The position numbers were made by a program, and so were the translations under genes. A stretch of 64,000 bases of DNA. Source: an uncultured delta proteobacterium (GTDB lineage Bacteria; Desulfobacterota; Binatia; UBA9968). The stretch lies in contig CAVTUQ010000004.1 of assembly GCA_963737905.1 (NCBI GenBank), forward strand, positions 64,001-128,000, given 5' to 3'. The notes below the pieces were generated by a model, which was not told the origin of the DNA, did not search any database, and was given only the letters and a program-made list of their open reading frames with translations. This document shows, piece by piece, positions 1 through 10,458 of the stretch; position 1 is the first letter of the stretch, and each line of letters starts with the position of its first letter.

Positions 1-1
1 A

Positions 2-310
2 GAGCTCTCCTCCGGCGGCATCTCCGTCGAAGTCATCGACCCGCGGACCTTATCCCCGCTGGATGTCGAAACTATCGTAAATTCAGTCAAGAAGACGAGC
101 CGGCTCATCATCGTCCACGAAGCCGTTGAACAGGATGGGATCGGAGCCGAAATTGCCACTCAGGTTCAAAACGAAGCGTTCTATTACCTCGATAGCCCGA
201 TTGCGCGTGTTGCCGCTCCCTTCGCTCCGGTTCCCGCAAGCCCCGCGCTCGAAAAGTGTTTTGTCCCCGGCAAAACAGAGATCATTCGTGCAGATCCAGC
301 GCGGCTTTAA
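2..310 (+). CDS. 2-oxoacid dehydrogenase E1 beta subunit, C-terminal part (truncated at window start)
   Basis: My translation of frame 2: ...VEVIDPRTLSPLDVETIVNSVKKTSRLIIVHEAVEQDGIGAEIA...YLDSPIARVAAPFAPVP..., stop TAA 308-310. Typical transketolase C-terminal/E1-beta motifs. Confidence 0.9.
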   Translation, partial: ELSSGGISVEVIDPRTLSPLDVETIVNSVKKTSRLIIVHEAVEQDGIGAEIATQVQNEAFYYLDSPIARVAAPFAPVPASPALEKCFVPGKTEIIRADPARL

Positions 311-385
311 ATCGCTAGACCAATCAATAATGCTTCCTGTCGAAAATTTTACTGTGCCAAGACGAGTAGCTGCCAGTGCGGCTTC

Positions 386-1008
386 TTATTTCGCCAAGTT
401 GAAATCGACAAGCGTGGACTCCACACGAGCGCTTCCAGACGTGTGAAAGTTAGTAATCGCTTTGACATCGGGCGCATAATAGTAAGTGTGGGTCCGAATT
501 TCTCCCGGGGCCAAGGGCTTGAGGCCCGGTGCTCTCATAGTCATGACAATTTTGAAAGCATCGAATTCGCCCTTAGGTGTCTTAATCTTTTCCCATGCTT
601 GAACTTCGTACTTCGTGTCCTCCAACCGCATTTGCATGCCCGGTGGCTGGAATTTAACCGATCAGACCAGGTAAGACCAACGCGAAGTGGAAACCTCAGC
701 AACTCCCCCAGCCAAGCAGGTCTACCCAGTACCAACGCAGTGGCTGCCTCCGAGTTGACTTCTTTAGATTCGTTTCCTTGAACACCAAAAACTTTTGGCT
801 GATTCGACTCGAATCTTACGATGTACTCTGAAAAGCGTTCCAGGAATTCACCTGCAACAGAAACTCCAGGGGGACGGACCACATCCACTTTCACCCGCCA
901 CCAGTCACCATCTTTGTAAACCGGAGCCTCCGCTTGCTGCCCGTGCGATGAGTGAGGTACCAGAAGGAATGTCAGGATTCCGATTAGGCCAAGTATCGGT
1001 CTAAACAT
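386..1008 (-). CDS. Exported hypothetical protein, frameshifted near 650
   Basis: ORF 541-1008 has a signal peptide and APVYKDGDWW. It continues in another frame (386-637) with WEKIKTPKGEFDAFKI and YYYAPDVKAI. Confidence 0.65.
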
Positions 1009-1186
1009 AGCTAAACCTCCCCTTGTTCAATGAGCGCCTCGCCCTGATCGCAGACGGCTGCCCTGTAACATAACCCGCGACAACCCGTCAACAGACACGT
1101 AGCAAGCCTAATTTGTCGCAGAAGTTTTTCTATTCGACAAATCTACAATCCTTGAGGCTTCTTGGATTATCGTCTAAAGAGGAAAC

Positions 1187-2086
1187 ATGGAATACCGCAA
1201 GCTTGGCAAAACAGATATGAACGTCAGCGTTCTCGGTTTTGGCGGTTGGGAAATCGGCTATCAGCGAATTTCCCTCACCACCGTCAAGAAATTGCTGAAC
1301 GAGGCTCTCGACGCCGGTATTAACGTTATCGACACGGCCGAATGTTACGCTATCAGCGAGGAGCTGATCGGTGAAGCCGTCGGAAAACGGCGCAAAGATT
1401 GTTATCTCCTGACGAAATGCGGGCACGAGAGCGGCTGGAGCTATCCGGATTGGCGTCCCGAGTCGCTACTCAGAAGCATCCAGCGGAGCCTCAAACGCTT
1501 AAAAACAGATTATGTGGATCTCATCCAGCTTCACAGCTGCTCGGAAGCCGAACTTCGCAAAGGAACCGTCATCGACGCGCTAAAGCGCGCCCGTGAGCAT
1601 GGCTATACGCGCTACATTGGCTACAGCGGTGACGGTCAAGCTGCGCTCTGCGCCGTCGAATGTGAAGAGTTCGACACCTTGCAAACATCCATCAACATCG
1701 CCGATCAAGAAGCGCTCGACCTCCTTCTCCCGCTGGCGGGAAAGCACAATATCGGTGTTATCGCCAAACGCCCTGTCGCTAACGTTGCTTGGCGGAACGG
1801 TGATCGTCCGCCCACCGACACCTATGGCCGGCCCTACTGGGAAAGGTTGCAAAAGTTGAAATATGAATCGCTGCGGGGTGGTTTGAAACAGACGGTTGGC
1901 AATGCGCTTCGTTTTACCTTGAGTGCACCGGGCATTCATACAGCGATCGTCGGAACAACTAAACCGGGAAGATTCACGGAAAACGGTGCGGCCGTTGCCG
2001 CGGGACCTTTGTCCAAAGAAATGTTTGAGGGTATTCGCGCCCGCTGGCGCGAGGTTGCACAGCCGACCTGGGTCGGACAAACTTGA
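1187..2086 (+). CDS. Aldo/keto reductase
   Basis: MEYRKLGKTDMNVSVLGFG, IDTAECY, SLKRLKTDYVDLIQLH motifs; GAGG RBS. Confidence 0.95.
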   Translation: MEYRKLGKTDMNVSVLGFGGWEIGYQRISLTTVKKLLNEALDAGINVIDTAECYAISEELIGEAVGKRRKDCYLLTKCGHESGWSYPDWRPESLLRSIQRSLKRLKTDYVDLIQLHSCSEAELRKGTVIDALKRAREHGYTRYIGYSGDGQAALCAVECEEFDTLQTSINIADQEALDLLLPLAGKHNIGVIAKRPVANVAWRNGDRPPTDTYGRPYWERLQKLKYESLRGGLKQTVGNALRFTLSAPGIHTAIVGTTKPGRFTENGAAVAAGPLSKEMFEGIRARWREVAQPTWVGQT

Positions 2087-2404
2087 ATTTGACCATGCGT
2101 ATTGGAGATTTCGGTGGCGGTCAGAATTAACGATCGACCGCCGGTTAATCCCGGGACCCTGTAGCCCGCCAATTCTACCCACCAATCGCAAGCGATGCGG
2201 CTTTAGCTGCCACTGAGTGACATGACAATAACCCGGATGTCAGCGCTGACACGCCGGGCTGAAAAGTTGCCAGGATGATTGGGCAGCCTTCAGCGCAATT
2301 AGGAAGAACCACCGACGTTTTGACCCACAGTGGAATTGTCGAGCCCCGGTGGCATGTCACTTGCTCCACCACGTTTTCAGTTAAGCATTGGGAGGGGCAA
2401 AAAC

Positions 2405-2614
2405 ATGGAAACGAGTTTGAAGGACAATTCCAAAACGATTCTAATCGAGAATAAAAACTTGCCGGCCGCGGAGTGCGAAAAATGTGGAGCAAAAATATAT
2501 CCCCGCTCACTTCTTCAACCACATCTCACGCGCCATCAGCGCAGACAACGCTGGTTCATCAGAGAACTAAGAAAACTTCAGTACACCATGGCGCATATGC
2601 GAGACATCGCGTAG
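2405..2614 (+). CDS. Small protein with a C2H2-type zinc finger
   Basis: GGGAGGGG RBS then ATG at 2405; CEKC-x12-HLTRH spacing. Confidence 0.6.
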   Translation: METSLKDNSKTILIENKNLPAAECEKCGAKIYPRSLLQPHLTRHQRRQRWFIRELRKLQYTMAHMRDIA

Positions 2615-2758
2615 CTATCCCGCACCCGCGTCACCTTACTAGTCTCGCATCTTCGTTCAGCACCATTCCACAAGCGCTTCGCCCCTCTTAGTTTCAACGC
2701 AAATACCCCCGGATTCACGTCCGGACATGTGTAAGAGTTTTCTCGTTCAATCTAATCG

Positions 2759-3208
2759 TCACTCGAAAAACGCGCCTTCGATCAGAACCGGTTTCGCGGC
2801 TCCTTGCTCGTGAGCTCTCCCGGGGACCGGCGTGCCATCGGGGTTGAGTCGCATGTCCGACTTGTCCAGCCCAGCGCCTATGCGAGCCATGACGAGGGGA
2901 GTATCGCCCGAGTTGCAGAATTGATAGTAGCAACCTGCCGGTAGTACAACGGCTTGGTGCTTGCTCGCTTTCAAGATCGTCTTACCGTCTCTGCTGGTGT
3001 TAAATTGTGCGGTTCCCTCTAAAACCAGGAAGATGTGATCCTCTTTGGTGTGAGAGTGCAGCGCGTTTTCCCCAATACCCGGAGAATAACAATGGATCCG
3101 CAAAGTCATCAGATCGGTTTCCGCCAGCAGGTGTCGGGTGTGTCCCTCTTTCACGAGTTGCGTTCTTAACTGGACTACCTTAGCTTCAACATTCTTGTTA
3201 TCCATCAA
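2759..3208 (-). CDS. Cupin domain protein
   Basis: ENALHSHTKEDHIFLVLEG and VVLPAGCYY cupin motifs. Confidence 0.85.
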   Translation of the reverse strand: MMDNKNVEAKVVQLRTQLVKEGHTRHLLAETDLMTLRIHCYSPGIGENALHSHTKEDHIFLVLEGTAQFNTSRDGKTILKASKHQAVVLPAGCYYQFCNSGDTPLVMARIGAGLDKSDMRLNPDGTPVPGRAHEQGAAKPVLIEGAFFE

Positions 3209-3411
3209 TGACCCTCCTTTTTTTTCGTTTCCCGAGCGCCGATTCTAGGATAATCGGCTCCCGATTAGCAAGACAGAGACTGACCTAGTGAAAGGATCCT
3301 TAACCAGATGACCTAACACCTGACTTTCAGGCGTTTGCGTTCAAGGTACTTGCAAACACGAAGCCTGTGAGTTTATTTGGTGGCTCCCACTCCTAATGAT
3401 CCGAGCCATGC

Positions 3412-4272
3412 ATGCGGCCTGAAATCGTCGCGATCTTTTCCGCTATGGGTTGGGCGGGAGATTCCGTCCTGGTTCGCCTGGGCTTGCGACAGTCGAATAT
3501 CTTCGCGGCTATGCTGGTAAGTTACGCCGTCTCCGTCACTTGCATCTGGACTTATCTTCTTGCTACGACCCCGCTCGATTTCCTCCAGTCCCCGGCGATG
3601 GTGTATTTTTTGGTCAGCGGCTGCCTTCAACCACTCTTCGCGCGCGCTCTCTACTACGAAGCCTTGATTCGGATGGGGGTTTCACGCGCCGGCCCCCTGC
3701 GCGGCGCCGAGCCTCTGTTTGCCGTGGCCATCGCTGTCACTGTTCTGCATGAGCAACCGACCCCTCCTGTGTATGTCGGCACCCTTCTGATTGTGGGAAG
3801 CATTTGGGCCATCTCTTCCGGCCATAGGGGAACCATCAACTGGCGGTTGCTTGATATTTTTCTTCCTTTGGGTGCGGGGCTTGTTTCCGCCATTTCCCAG
3901 AGCCTGCGCAAACAAGGGCTCAATATCCTCCCCGACCCGTTCGTGGCCGCAGCCACGGTGACATCCGTGACCTTGACACTTCTTGTCATTTTCCTCTACG
4001 CCACAAAACGGACCCGACAGCTGCGCATGAAACGCGAAAATTTTCTGTTTTTTTTCAGCGCGGCGCTGGTCGCGCTATCGGCTCAAATTGCAAACTTCAT
4101 CGCCCTCAGCCGAGCCGACGTTTCAGTTATCATCCCACTTCTCAACACCACCCCGCTCTTCGCCGTGCTTTTTAGCTCTCTATTTCTTAGAAGTCTGGAA
4201 ACCATCAGCCCGCGGACTCTCTTAGGAGCCATCCTCATGGTCGCCGGAGTCATGATAATTACGAGTCGATAA
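3412..4272 (+). CDS. DMT/EamA family transporter
   Basis: About 10 hydrophobic segments in two repeats; PLFAV..VLHE and PLFAVLFS..FLR motifs. Confidence 0.9.
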   Translation: MRPEIVAIFSAMGWAGDSVLVRLGLRQSNIFAAMLVSYAVSVTCIWTYLLATTPLDFLQSPAMVYFLVSGCLQPLFARALYYEALIRMGVSRAGPLRGAEPLFAVAIAVTVLHEQPTPPVYVGTLLIVGSIWAISSGHRGTINWRLLDIFLPLGAGLVSAISQSLRKQGLNILPDPFVAAATVTSVTLTLLVIFLYATKRTRQLRMKRENFLFFFSAALVALSAQIANFIALSRADVSVIIPLLNTTPLFAVLFSSLFLRSLETISPRTLLGAILMVAGVMIITSR

Positions 4273-4491
4273 GTTAAATGCGCGCTCCACAACTTCGTTC
4301 CGGTGCTTCAATGAAGGAAATTTGATAAGACATAGCAGTCTATAGCGGTTATGCGTCGAGGTGTTTGTCCTATTTCTCAAAAACTTTTTGCGCTTGACAT
4401 AGGCATGCCGGTCTCGGATATTTATTACGACTACCCTGTGGAATAGCCGCTCTCTTTCGCTTCTTCTCAGCAGCGGCGGATAGTTATTTTC

Positions 4492-6444
4492 ATGGCCGAT
4501 AATCACGACATAGCGCGTCCCCTAGGCGGACTCGACGAAGGGGCTGCGCTCCGGAGTATCCTCGAGGGAACGGCGAACGAGACGGGCGAGCGCTTCTTTG
4601 CAGCCCTAGTTGAAAACCTTGCACGGGCGCTGAAAACCCATGGAGCGTGGGTCACTGAATATATCCAAGAATGTCGCCGGCTGCGGGCCCTAGCCTTCTG
4701 GATGGACGGGCAGTGGATTCAAAATTATGAGATCGACATCGCCGGAACACCCTGCGAGCAAGTCATCGACACCGGCACCTTTGTCCATTTTCCTGATAAT
4801 CTCTTGGAATTGTACCCGGACGATCAGGACGCAAAAGACATCGGTGCTGTCAGTTACATGGGAATGCCGTTGAAGGATACCGACGGCAGAATTCTTGGGC
4901 ACCTGGCGGTAATCGATCGCCGTCCACTTCCAGAAGAGCCGCGAGTCCTGGCGCTTTTCAACATTTTCGCGGCTCGAGCGACTGCGGAAATGCGCAGACT
5001 GCGCGCCGAGAAACAAGTTCGCGAGCGCGAAGAAAAACTACGCGGGCTGTTCGACAGTGCTATGGACGCCGTCATCGAATTCGATCAGAACTTGAAGGTG
5101 ACCCGGATGAATCCCGCCGCAGAGCAAGCCTTCCATTGCGCCGCCCAACAGGTGATCGGTGAAGATTTCACCAGTCTCGTCTCGAAACAGGGCCAAAAAA
5201 AGCTCAGGAGCCTAATTCAGGAACTTGGCGCCGGCACTCCGGGACGCCGGTCCTTATGGATTCCGGGGGGGCTTCAAGCCTTGCCGGTCGGCGGAGAGGA
5301 ATTTCCAGCCGAAGCGACTTTGTCGCGCTTTGAGATTGAGCGGCAGAGCTTCTACTCCGTTATCCTGAGGAACATCAATGACAAACTCGAAGCCGACCGC
5401 AAAATTCATTCGCTCACGGCAGAAGCGGCGTATCTGCGAGAAGAGATTAAGAGCATCTACCGGTTCGACCAGACCCTAGGCCAGAGCCAAGCCTTGAAGC
5501 GTGTTTTGGAAGACGTCGAGCAGGTGGCGGTCACGGACACGACGGTTCTGATTCTTGGCGAGACCGGCACGGGCAAAGAACTGATTGCCCGAGGGATTCA
5601 TGGGGCGAGTCGACGGTCCGACAAGCCGCTCATCACGATCAACTGTGCCGCCATCCCAGCGGCGCTTATGGAGAGCGAATTTTTTGGACATGAAAAGGGC
5701 GCCTTTACCGGGGCGACTCAAAAACGGGAGGGACGTTTTGAGCTAGCGGATCGTGGAACGATTTTTCTCGACGAGATCGGCGAACTGTCCCTCGACTTGC
5801 AGGCTAAAATCCTGCGCGTATTGCAGGAGGGAGAGTTTGCGCCCGTCGGCAGTTCCCAAACGAAAAAAGTTGACGTTCGGGTGATCGCCGCGACGAACCG
5901 CGATCTCAACCAAGCCGTGAGAGACGGGGGCTTCAGAGAAGACCTCTACTATCGATTGAACGTTTTTCCCATCGAAGTACCGCCTTTGAGAGACCGCGAT
6001 GATGATATTATCCTGCTCGCGTCCGCCTTTGCAGCCAAATTCGCCCAACGCATGGGGCGCAGGATTGAACCGTTGTCTGCGGAGTCTGAGTCACGGCTCA
6101 GGGCCTACGCGTGGCCGGGAAACGTGCGCGAGTTGCAGAACGTCATTGAGCGCGCGGTCATTACCTCTCGGGATGGCCATCTCAATCTCGACCGTGCTCT
6201 GCCGGATGCCGGCGGTCAGACAATTCCTGGAAGGCGGCCGGCAGAAGAGACAACACCGGTAGCTTCAAACCGCATTCTTCGAATTCGCGACCTGCAACAA
6301 CTCGAGCGCGAGAATATCCTGCGTGCTCTGGAATCCACAGCGTGGCGCGTCGCCGGAAAGGACGGCGCCGCCGATCTGCTCGGCATGAATCCTTCGACGC
6401 TCAACTCCCGCATCAGGGCGCTAGGCATCCGGCGACCACAGTAA
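4492..6444 (+). CDS. Sigma54-dependent enhancer-binding activator (GAF-PAS-AAA+-HTH, FhlA-like)
   Basis: GETGTGKE Walker A, ESEFFGHEKGAFTGA, FLDEIGEL, FREDLYYRLNV, WPGNVRELQN, C-terminal HTH. Confidence 0.97.
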   Translation: MADNHDIARPLGGLDEGAALRSILEGTANETGERFFAALVENLARALKTHGAWVTEYIQECRRLRALAFWMDGQWIQNYEIDIAGTPCEQVIDTGTFVHFPDNLLELYPDDQDAKDIGAVSYMGMPLKDTDGRILGHLAVIDRRPLPEEPRVLALFNIFAARATAEMRRLRAEKQVREREEKLRGLFDSAMDAVIEFDQNLKVTRMNPAAEQAFHCAAQQVIGEDFTSLVSKQGQKKLRSLIQELGAGTPGRRSLWIPGGLQALPVGGEEFPAEATLSRFEIERQSFYSVILRNINDKLEADRKIHSLTAEAAYLREEIKSIYRFDQTLGQSQALKRVLEDVEQVAVTDTTVLILGETGTGKELIARGIHGASRRSDKPLITINCAAIPAALMESEFFGHEKGAFTGATQKREGRFELADRGTIFLDEIGELSLDLQAKILRVLQEGEFAPVGSSQTKKVDVRVIAATNRDLNQAVRDGGFREDLYYRLNVFPIEVPPLRDRDDDIILLASAFAAKFAQRMGRRIEPLSAESESRLRAYAWPGNVRELQNVIERAVITSRDGHLNLDRALPDAGGQTIPGRRPAEETTPVASNRILRIRDLQQLERENILRALESTAWRVAGKDGAADLLGMNPSTLNSRIRALGIRRPQ

Positions 6445-6459
6445 ATCTAACTATCGGAT

Positions 6460-6510
6460 GTGAGATCTCACGACCCATCGTGACGAGATCTCGTCACTAG
6501 CGAGATTTCA
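6460..6510. promoter_or_regulatory. Putative upstream activator sequences for the sigma54 activator
   Basis: Three copies of (C/T)GAGAT(C/T)TC(A/G), including the perfect palindromes GTGAGATCTCAC (6460-6471) and GTGACGAGATCTCGTCAC (6480-6497), 70-120 bp upstream of a -24/-12 site. Confidence 0.7.
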
Positions 6511-6581
6511 TAATTGCTTTAACAACGCTCTCACCTCCCTAACTCATTGGTTTTCTGAAAGAAACCCGGCTTTCGATGACC

Positions 6582-6596
6582 TGGCATGCTAGCTGC
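6582..6596 (+). promoter_or_regulatory. Sigma54 -24/-12 promoter
   Basis: TGGCATGCTAGCTGC matches TGGCAC-N5-TTGC with correct GG-N10-GC spacing; lies between the activator gene and the gene at 6644. Confidence 0.8.
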
Positions 6597-6643
6597 TCTA
6601 TTGTGTTTCCATCAACTTCACTCAACCAAGGGAGGAAAGGAAA

Positions 6644-7555
6644 ATGCAACACAATTATTCATACCAATCGGCGCTCGAAGTCTCGGACCGAATCGGCTGG
6701 AAAGTGGACGATATCATCGGCGGCGACAAGCGGCTCGACTTCACCAAACCGTTCATGCCGGAATCGCTGGCTCAGGTGCAGCGGCTTTCCTTTCTCACCC
6801 CTGACGAACAGCTGACTCTAAACCAGATTCGCGGGCATGAGTATCTTGCCATGTTCGGTCTCGTCGAGGAGTTCATACTCCCCTACGTGGTGGACCATGC
6901 GCGGTCGCAACTCTCCGGAGACGACTACCGGGTGCGGGCCTTGCTCCAGTTCGCCGGTGAAGAGGCAAAGCATATCCATCTTTTCAAGCGCTTCCGGCAG
7001 GAGTTCGAGAACGGGTTCGGCAGCAAATGCGACTTCATCGGTCCCGCCGAGGACGTGAGCCGGTTTGTCCTTTCCCATAGTCCTTTGGGAGTCGGAATTG
7101 CGATTCTACACATCGAGTGGATGACTCTCAGGCACTACATCGAGGGCGTCAGGGATAATCAGGATCTCGACCCCCAGTTCAAGAGCCTGCTCAAGAACCA
7201 CTGGCTGGAGGAATCCCAACACACGAAGCTCGACACATTGATCCTGGAATCGGTGGTAAAGGAATCGACCCCCCAAGAGATCGACCAGGCTTTCAAGGAA
7301 TACGGCGAGATTGGTGCCTTTCTCGACCAGGGGATCCAGCAGCAAGCGGAGTTAAATGTGGAAAGTTTCGTTCAAGCGAGCGGAAGAAACCTCTCCAAGA
7401 GCGAGCGCGAAGAGATGAACAACGCCGTTATCAAGGGCATGCGCTGGACCTATCTTGGAACCGGCATGACGCATCCAAACTTTCTCGCCACCGTCGAGGA
7501 GATTAAGCCTGAAGCGAGAAAACAGATAGAGGAAATGGCGCCAGTGTTTTGTTGA
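6644..7555 (+). CDS. Ferritin-like diiron protein (AurF-like oxygenase fold)
   Basis: Carboxylate/His ligand pattern LVEE, EEAKH, HIE, EESQH. Confidence 0.75.
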   Translation: MQHNYSYQSALEVSDRIGWKVDDIIGGDKRLDFTKPFMPESLAQVQRLSFLTPDEQLTLNQIRGHEYLAMFGLVEEFILPYVVDHARSQLSGDDYRVRALLQFAGEEAKHIHLFKRFRQEFENGFGSKCDFIGPAEDVSRFVLSHSPLGVGIAILHIEWMTLRHYIEGVRDNQDLDPQFKSLLKNHWLEESQHTKLDTLILESVVKESTPQEIDQAFKEYGEIGAFLDQGIQQQAELNVESFVQASGRNLSKSEREEMNNAVIKGMRWTYLGTGMTHPNFLATVEEIKPEARKQIEEMAPVFC

Positions 7556-7590
7556 GCAAGAATGCAAAATGAAAAATGTAGGAGGAAGCT

Positions 7591-7968
7591 ATGTCAGTCG
7601 CAGAAACAACAAAAGAAATGCCTTTGACGAAAGACATTCTAGACCACCACTTAAAGTGTTTTGGCGAGGGCGACCTCAAGGGTATTCTATCTGACTATGC
7701 CCCGGGTGCCGTCCTGTTCACGTCGGACGGACCCCTCAGGGGAGTCGACGCAATTAGGCCGTTGTTCCAGGCGATGATTGCGGAGTTTGGAAAGCCTGGC
7801 GCAGCGTTCAGCATGAAGCAGCAGTTTGTCGAGGGCGACTATGCCTATATTCTATGGGGCGCGGAGACTGCAGAAAACTTGTACGAGATAGGCACGGACA
7901 CGTTCGTCGTGCGCGACGGCAAGATTGTGGCCCAGTCATTTACCGGCAGGATTACGCCCAAAGGCTGA
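7591..7968 (+). CDS. SnoaL/NTF2-like protein
   Basis: HHLKCFGEGDLKGILSDYAPGAV...GTDTFVVRDGKIVAQS. Confidence 0.85.
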   Translation: MSVAETTKEMPLTKDILDHHLKCFGEGDLKGILSDYAPGAVLFTSDGPLRGVDAIRPLFQAMIAEFGKPGAAFSMKQQFVEGDYAYILWGAETAENLYEIGTDTFVVRDGKIVAQSFTGRITPKG

Positions 7969-8016
7969 AAACAAGTCTTTATTCCGGTGACAAAATTTAA
8001 CGAGGAGGCGAGTATC

Positions 8017-9400
8017 ATGACAACGCAAACGTCGAAGGTGAAAGAAGAGCTCAAAGACAAGATCAAGGGGAACGTCCTGGTTCCCGAGGACAGCGGTTAC
8101 AAGGAAGCTCGGCAGATATGGAACGCCATGATCGATCGGCGGCCTGCGGTTATCGTGCAGTGCGTACAGGCTGACGATGTTCCACCAGCAATCCAGTTTG
8201 CGCGAAAAAGCGGGCTTGAACTTTCAATTCGCGGTGCCGGACACAACATCGCAGGCAATGCCCTCTGCGACAACGGCGTTATGATCGATTTTTCAAGAAT
8301 GAAAAGCGTTCGCGTAGATGCCGGGAAACGGCGCGCCTATGTCGAGCCTGGGGCGACCCTCGCGAATTTCGACGAAGCGGTACAGGCGCACGGCTTGGCG
8401 ACGCCGGTGGGGATCAATTCCACGACAGGCATCGCCGGTTTAACGTTGGGCGGCGGCTTCGGGTGGCTGACTCGCAAATACGGCATGACGATCGACAATC
8501 TCGTCTCCGTCGACATGATCACGGCCGATGGCAAGAAATTGCGGGCAAGCCAAAGCGAAAATGCGGACCTTTTCTGGGCTATTCGCGGCGGCGGGGGAAA
8601 TTTTGGCGTCGTCACCCAATTTGAATTCCAACTTTTCCCCGTGGGACCCGAAATCGTCGCCGGCTTGATCGTTTTTCCGTTCAACCAGGCAAAGCAGATA
8701 CTGACCAAGTATCGTCAATTTGTAAATTCAGCACCCGAGGAGCTCAACGTCTGGGTGGTGCTCCGCAAGGCGCCTCCGTTGCCTTTTCTTCCGGAAAACG
8801 TGCACGGCAAGGAGGTCGTTGTGTTGCCGGTCTTTTACTGCGGGGCCGCAGCGGAAGCAGAGAAACTGATCGCTCCTCTGCGCGCTTTCGGTAATGCCCA
8901 CGGCGAGCATATCGGCGCACAGCCCTATGTTGCGGTGGCAAAAGGCCTTTGACCCTTTGCTGACGCCGGGCGCGAGAAATTATTGGAAGTCGCATAACTT
9001 CACGGAGCTTGCTGACGGAGCGCTGAATTCCATTATCGAGTTCGCCGGGAAGCTGCCCTCCCCGCAGTGTGAGATTTTCATAGGGCTGATTGCCGGTGCG
9101 CCCAACCGCGTCGCCCCTAACGCGATGGCCTATGGTCATAGGGACGCGAAATTCGTGTTGAACGTGCACGGACGATGGGACGAAGCGAAGGATGACCAGA
9201 AGTGCATTGGGTGGTCACGCGAGTTTTTTAAAGCCAGCAAGCCCTACGCGTCAGCCGGCGCTTACGTAAATTTTATGACCGACGAGGAGGGCGACCGCGT
9301 CGCCGCGGCTTACGGATCCAACTATGATCGCCTGGTGGAAACCAAGAAACGCTACGATCCGGAAAATATTTTTCACTTGAATCAGAACATCAAACCTTGA
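8017..9400 (+). CDS. FAD-linked oxidase (BBE/6-HDNO family), frameshift near 8935
   Basis: RGAGHN flavinylation motif, GIAGLTLGGG, RGGGGNFGVVT; C-terminal YVNF...KKRYDPENIF in the second frame (8894-9400); GAGGAGG RBS before 8017. Confidence 0.9.
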
Positions 9401-9616
9401 AGCGGATGTCGTTATGGAAGGTTTCTTACTCTTCGCCCTCATACTGTTCTATGTGGCTATTTCCTTTGGTCACTCATAGAGCGAACATTACAACGACCAA
9501 AGTCGTTTTGCTGGGCTATAAAGAAAGAAGACCATGACCAGACCAGTAATCAAAACCGTGACGCCATCAGCGGAAAAATTTAGGGGGATCCACATCCCTC
9601 ATTCTTAAATGATGCC

Positions 9617-10453
9617 ATGGCAACAACGTGCCCGGTCGACTTCGATGTAGATAGATTGCGCCGGCTCGTGCGTGTGGAGTACGATCGGCTGGCGCGGGAA
9701 CCCAGGGGAAACTTTCATTTTCATCGAGGACTGGAGTATGCTTGCCGCATACTCCGCTATGACCCTGAGGAGTTGGCAACAATCCCATCCGAATGCACCG
9801 CGTCCTTTGCCGGTGTCGGCAATCCGCACCGCATCGGTCCCATCGAACCGGGTGAAACAGTCCTTGATATCGGGTGCGGCGCCGGCATGGATCTTTTGCT
9901 GGTCGCGCGCCGCGCCGGCCCTTCGGGAAAAGCGATTGGAGTGGATATGACCCCCTCCATGCTCGAGCTGGCCAAGCGCGGCGCACTAAAGGCCGGCTTA
10001 TGGGAGAACACTGAGGTTCGCCGCGGCACGGCCGAAGAGCTGCCGGTGGCGAGCGAGAGTGTCGATGTTGTTATCTCTAACGGCGTCCTCAATCTCTCAC
10101 CGGACAAAGATCGCGCCTTTCGCGAGATATACAGAGTGCTGCGTCCGGGAGGACGCTTGTATCTCGCCGATGTAGTGATTCAAAGAGAGCTTTCACTCGC
10201 AACGCGAAGCGATGTCGATCTTTGGGCAGCGTGAATTGGCGGCGCTCTGCCGGAGGTGGAGCTTTATGAAATCACCGCTGGCGTTGGTTTGACGGATGGG
10301 AAGATCGTCGAGCGCTTCGATTGTTATGAAGGTACCTCTGCTAAAGCAAAGTTATCCAAAGACCTTCTCATTCACGGCGTGAATTTTCTCGCCCGCAAAC
10401 CGTCGCGCTCAAGAGGGGCCAACGATCAGCAAACGTCGGACAGGCTAGGATAG
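9617..10453 (+). CDS. ArsM-like SAM-dependent methyltransferase, predicted selenoprotein (Sec at TGA 10232-10234)
   Basis: VLDIGCGAG motif I and SNGVLNLSPDK. LWAA-TGA-IGGALP aligns with the ArsM W-x-x-C-I-x-G-A-L Cys. ORF 10256-10453 is in the same frame. Hairpin at 10244-10262. Confidence 0.85.
10244..10262 (+). promoter_or_regulatory. Putative bacterial SECIS element
   Basis: GCTCTGCC-GGA-GGTGGAGC: 8-bp stem with two G-U pairs; loop starts 17 nt after UGA. Confidence 0.7.
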
Positions 10454-10458
10454 TCGGG

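Noticed and set aside
7544-7630. C-terminal FC-TGA of the diiron protein as a CU selenoprotein motif
   Set aside because: No hairpin follows, and read-through would run through the next gene's RBS and start with low-complexity sequence.
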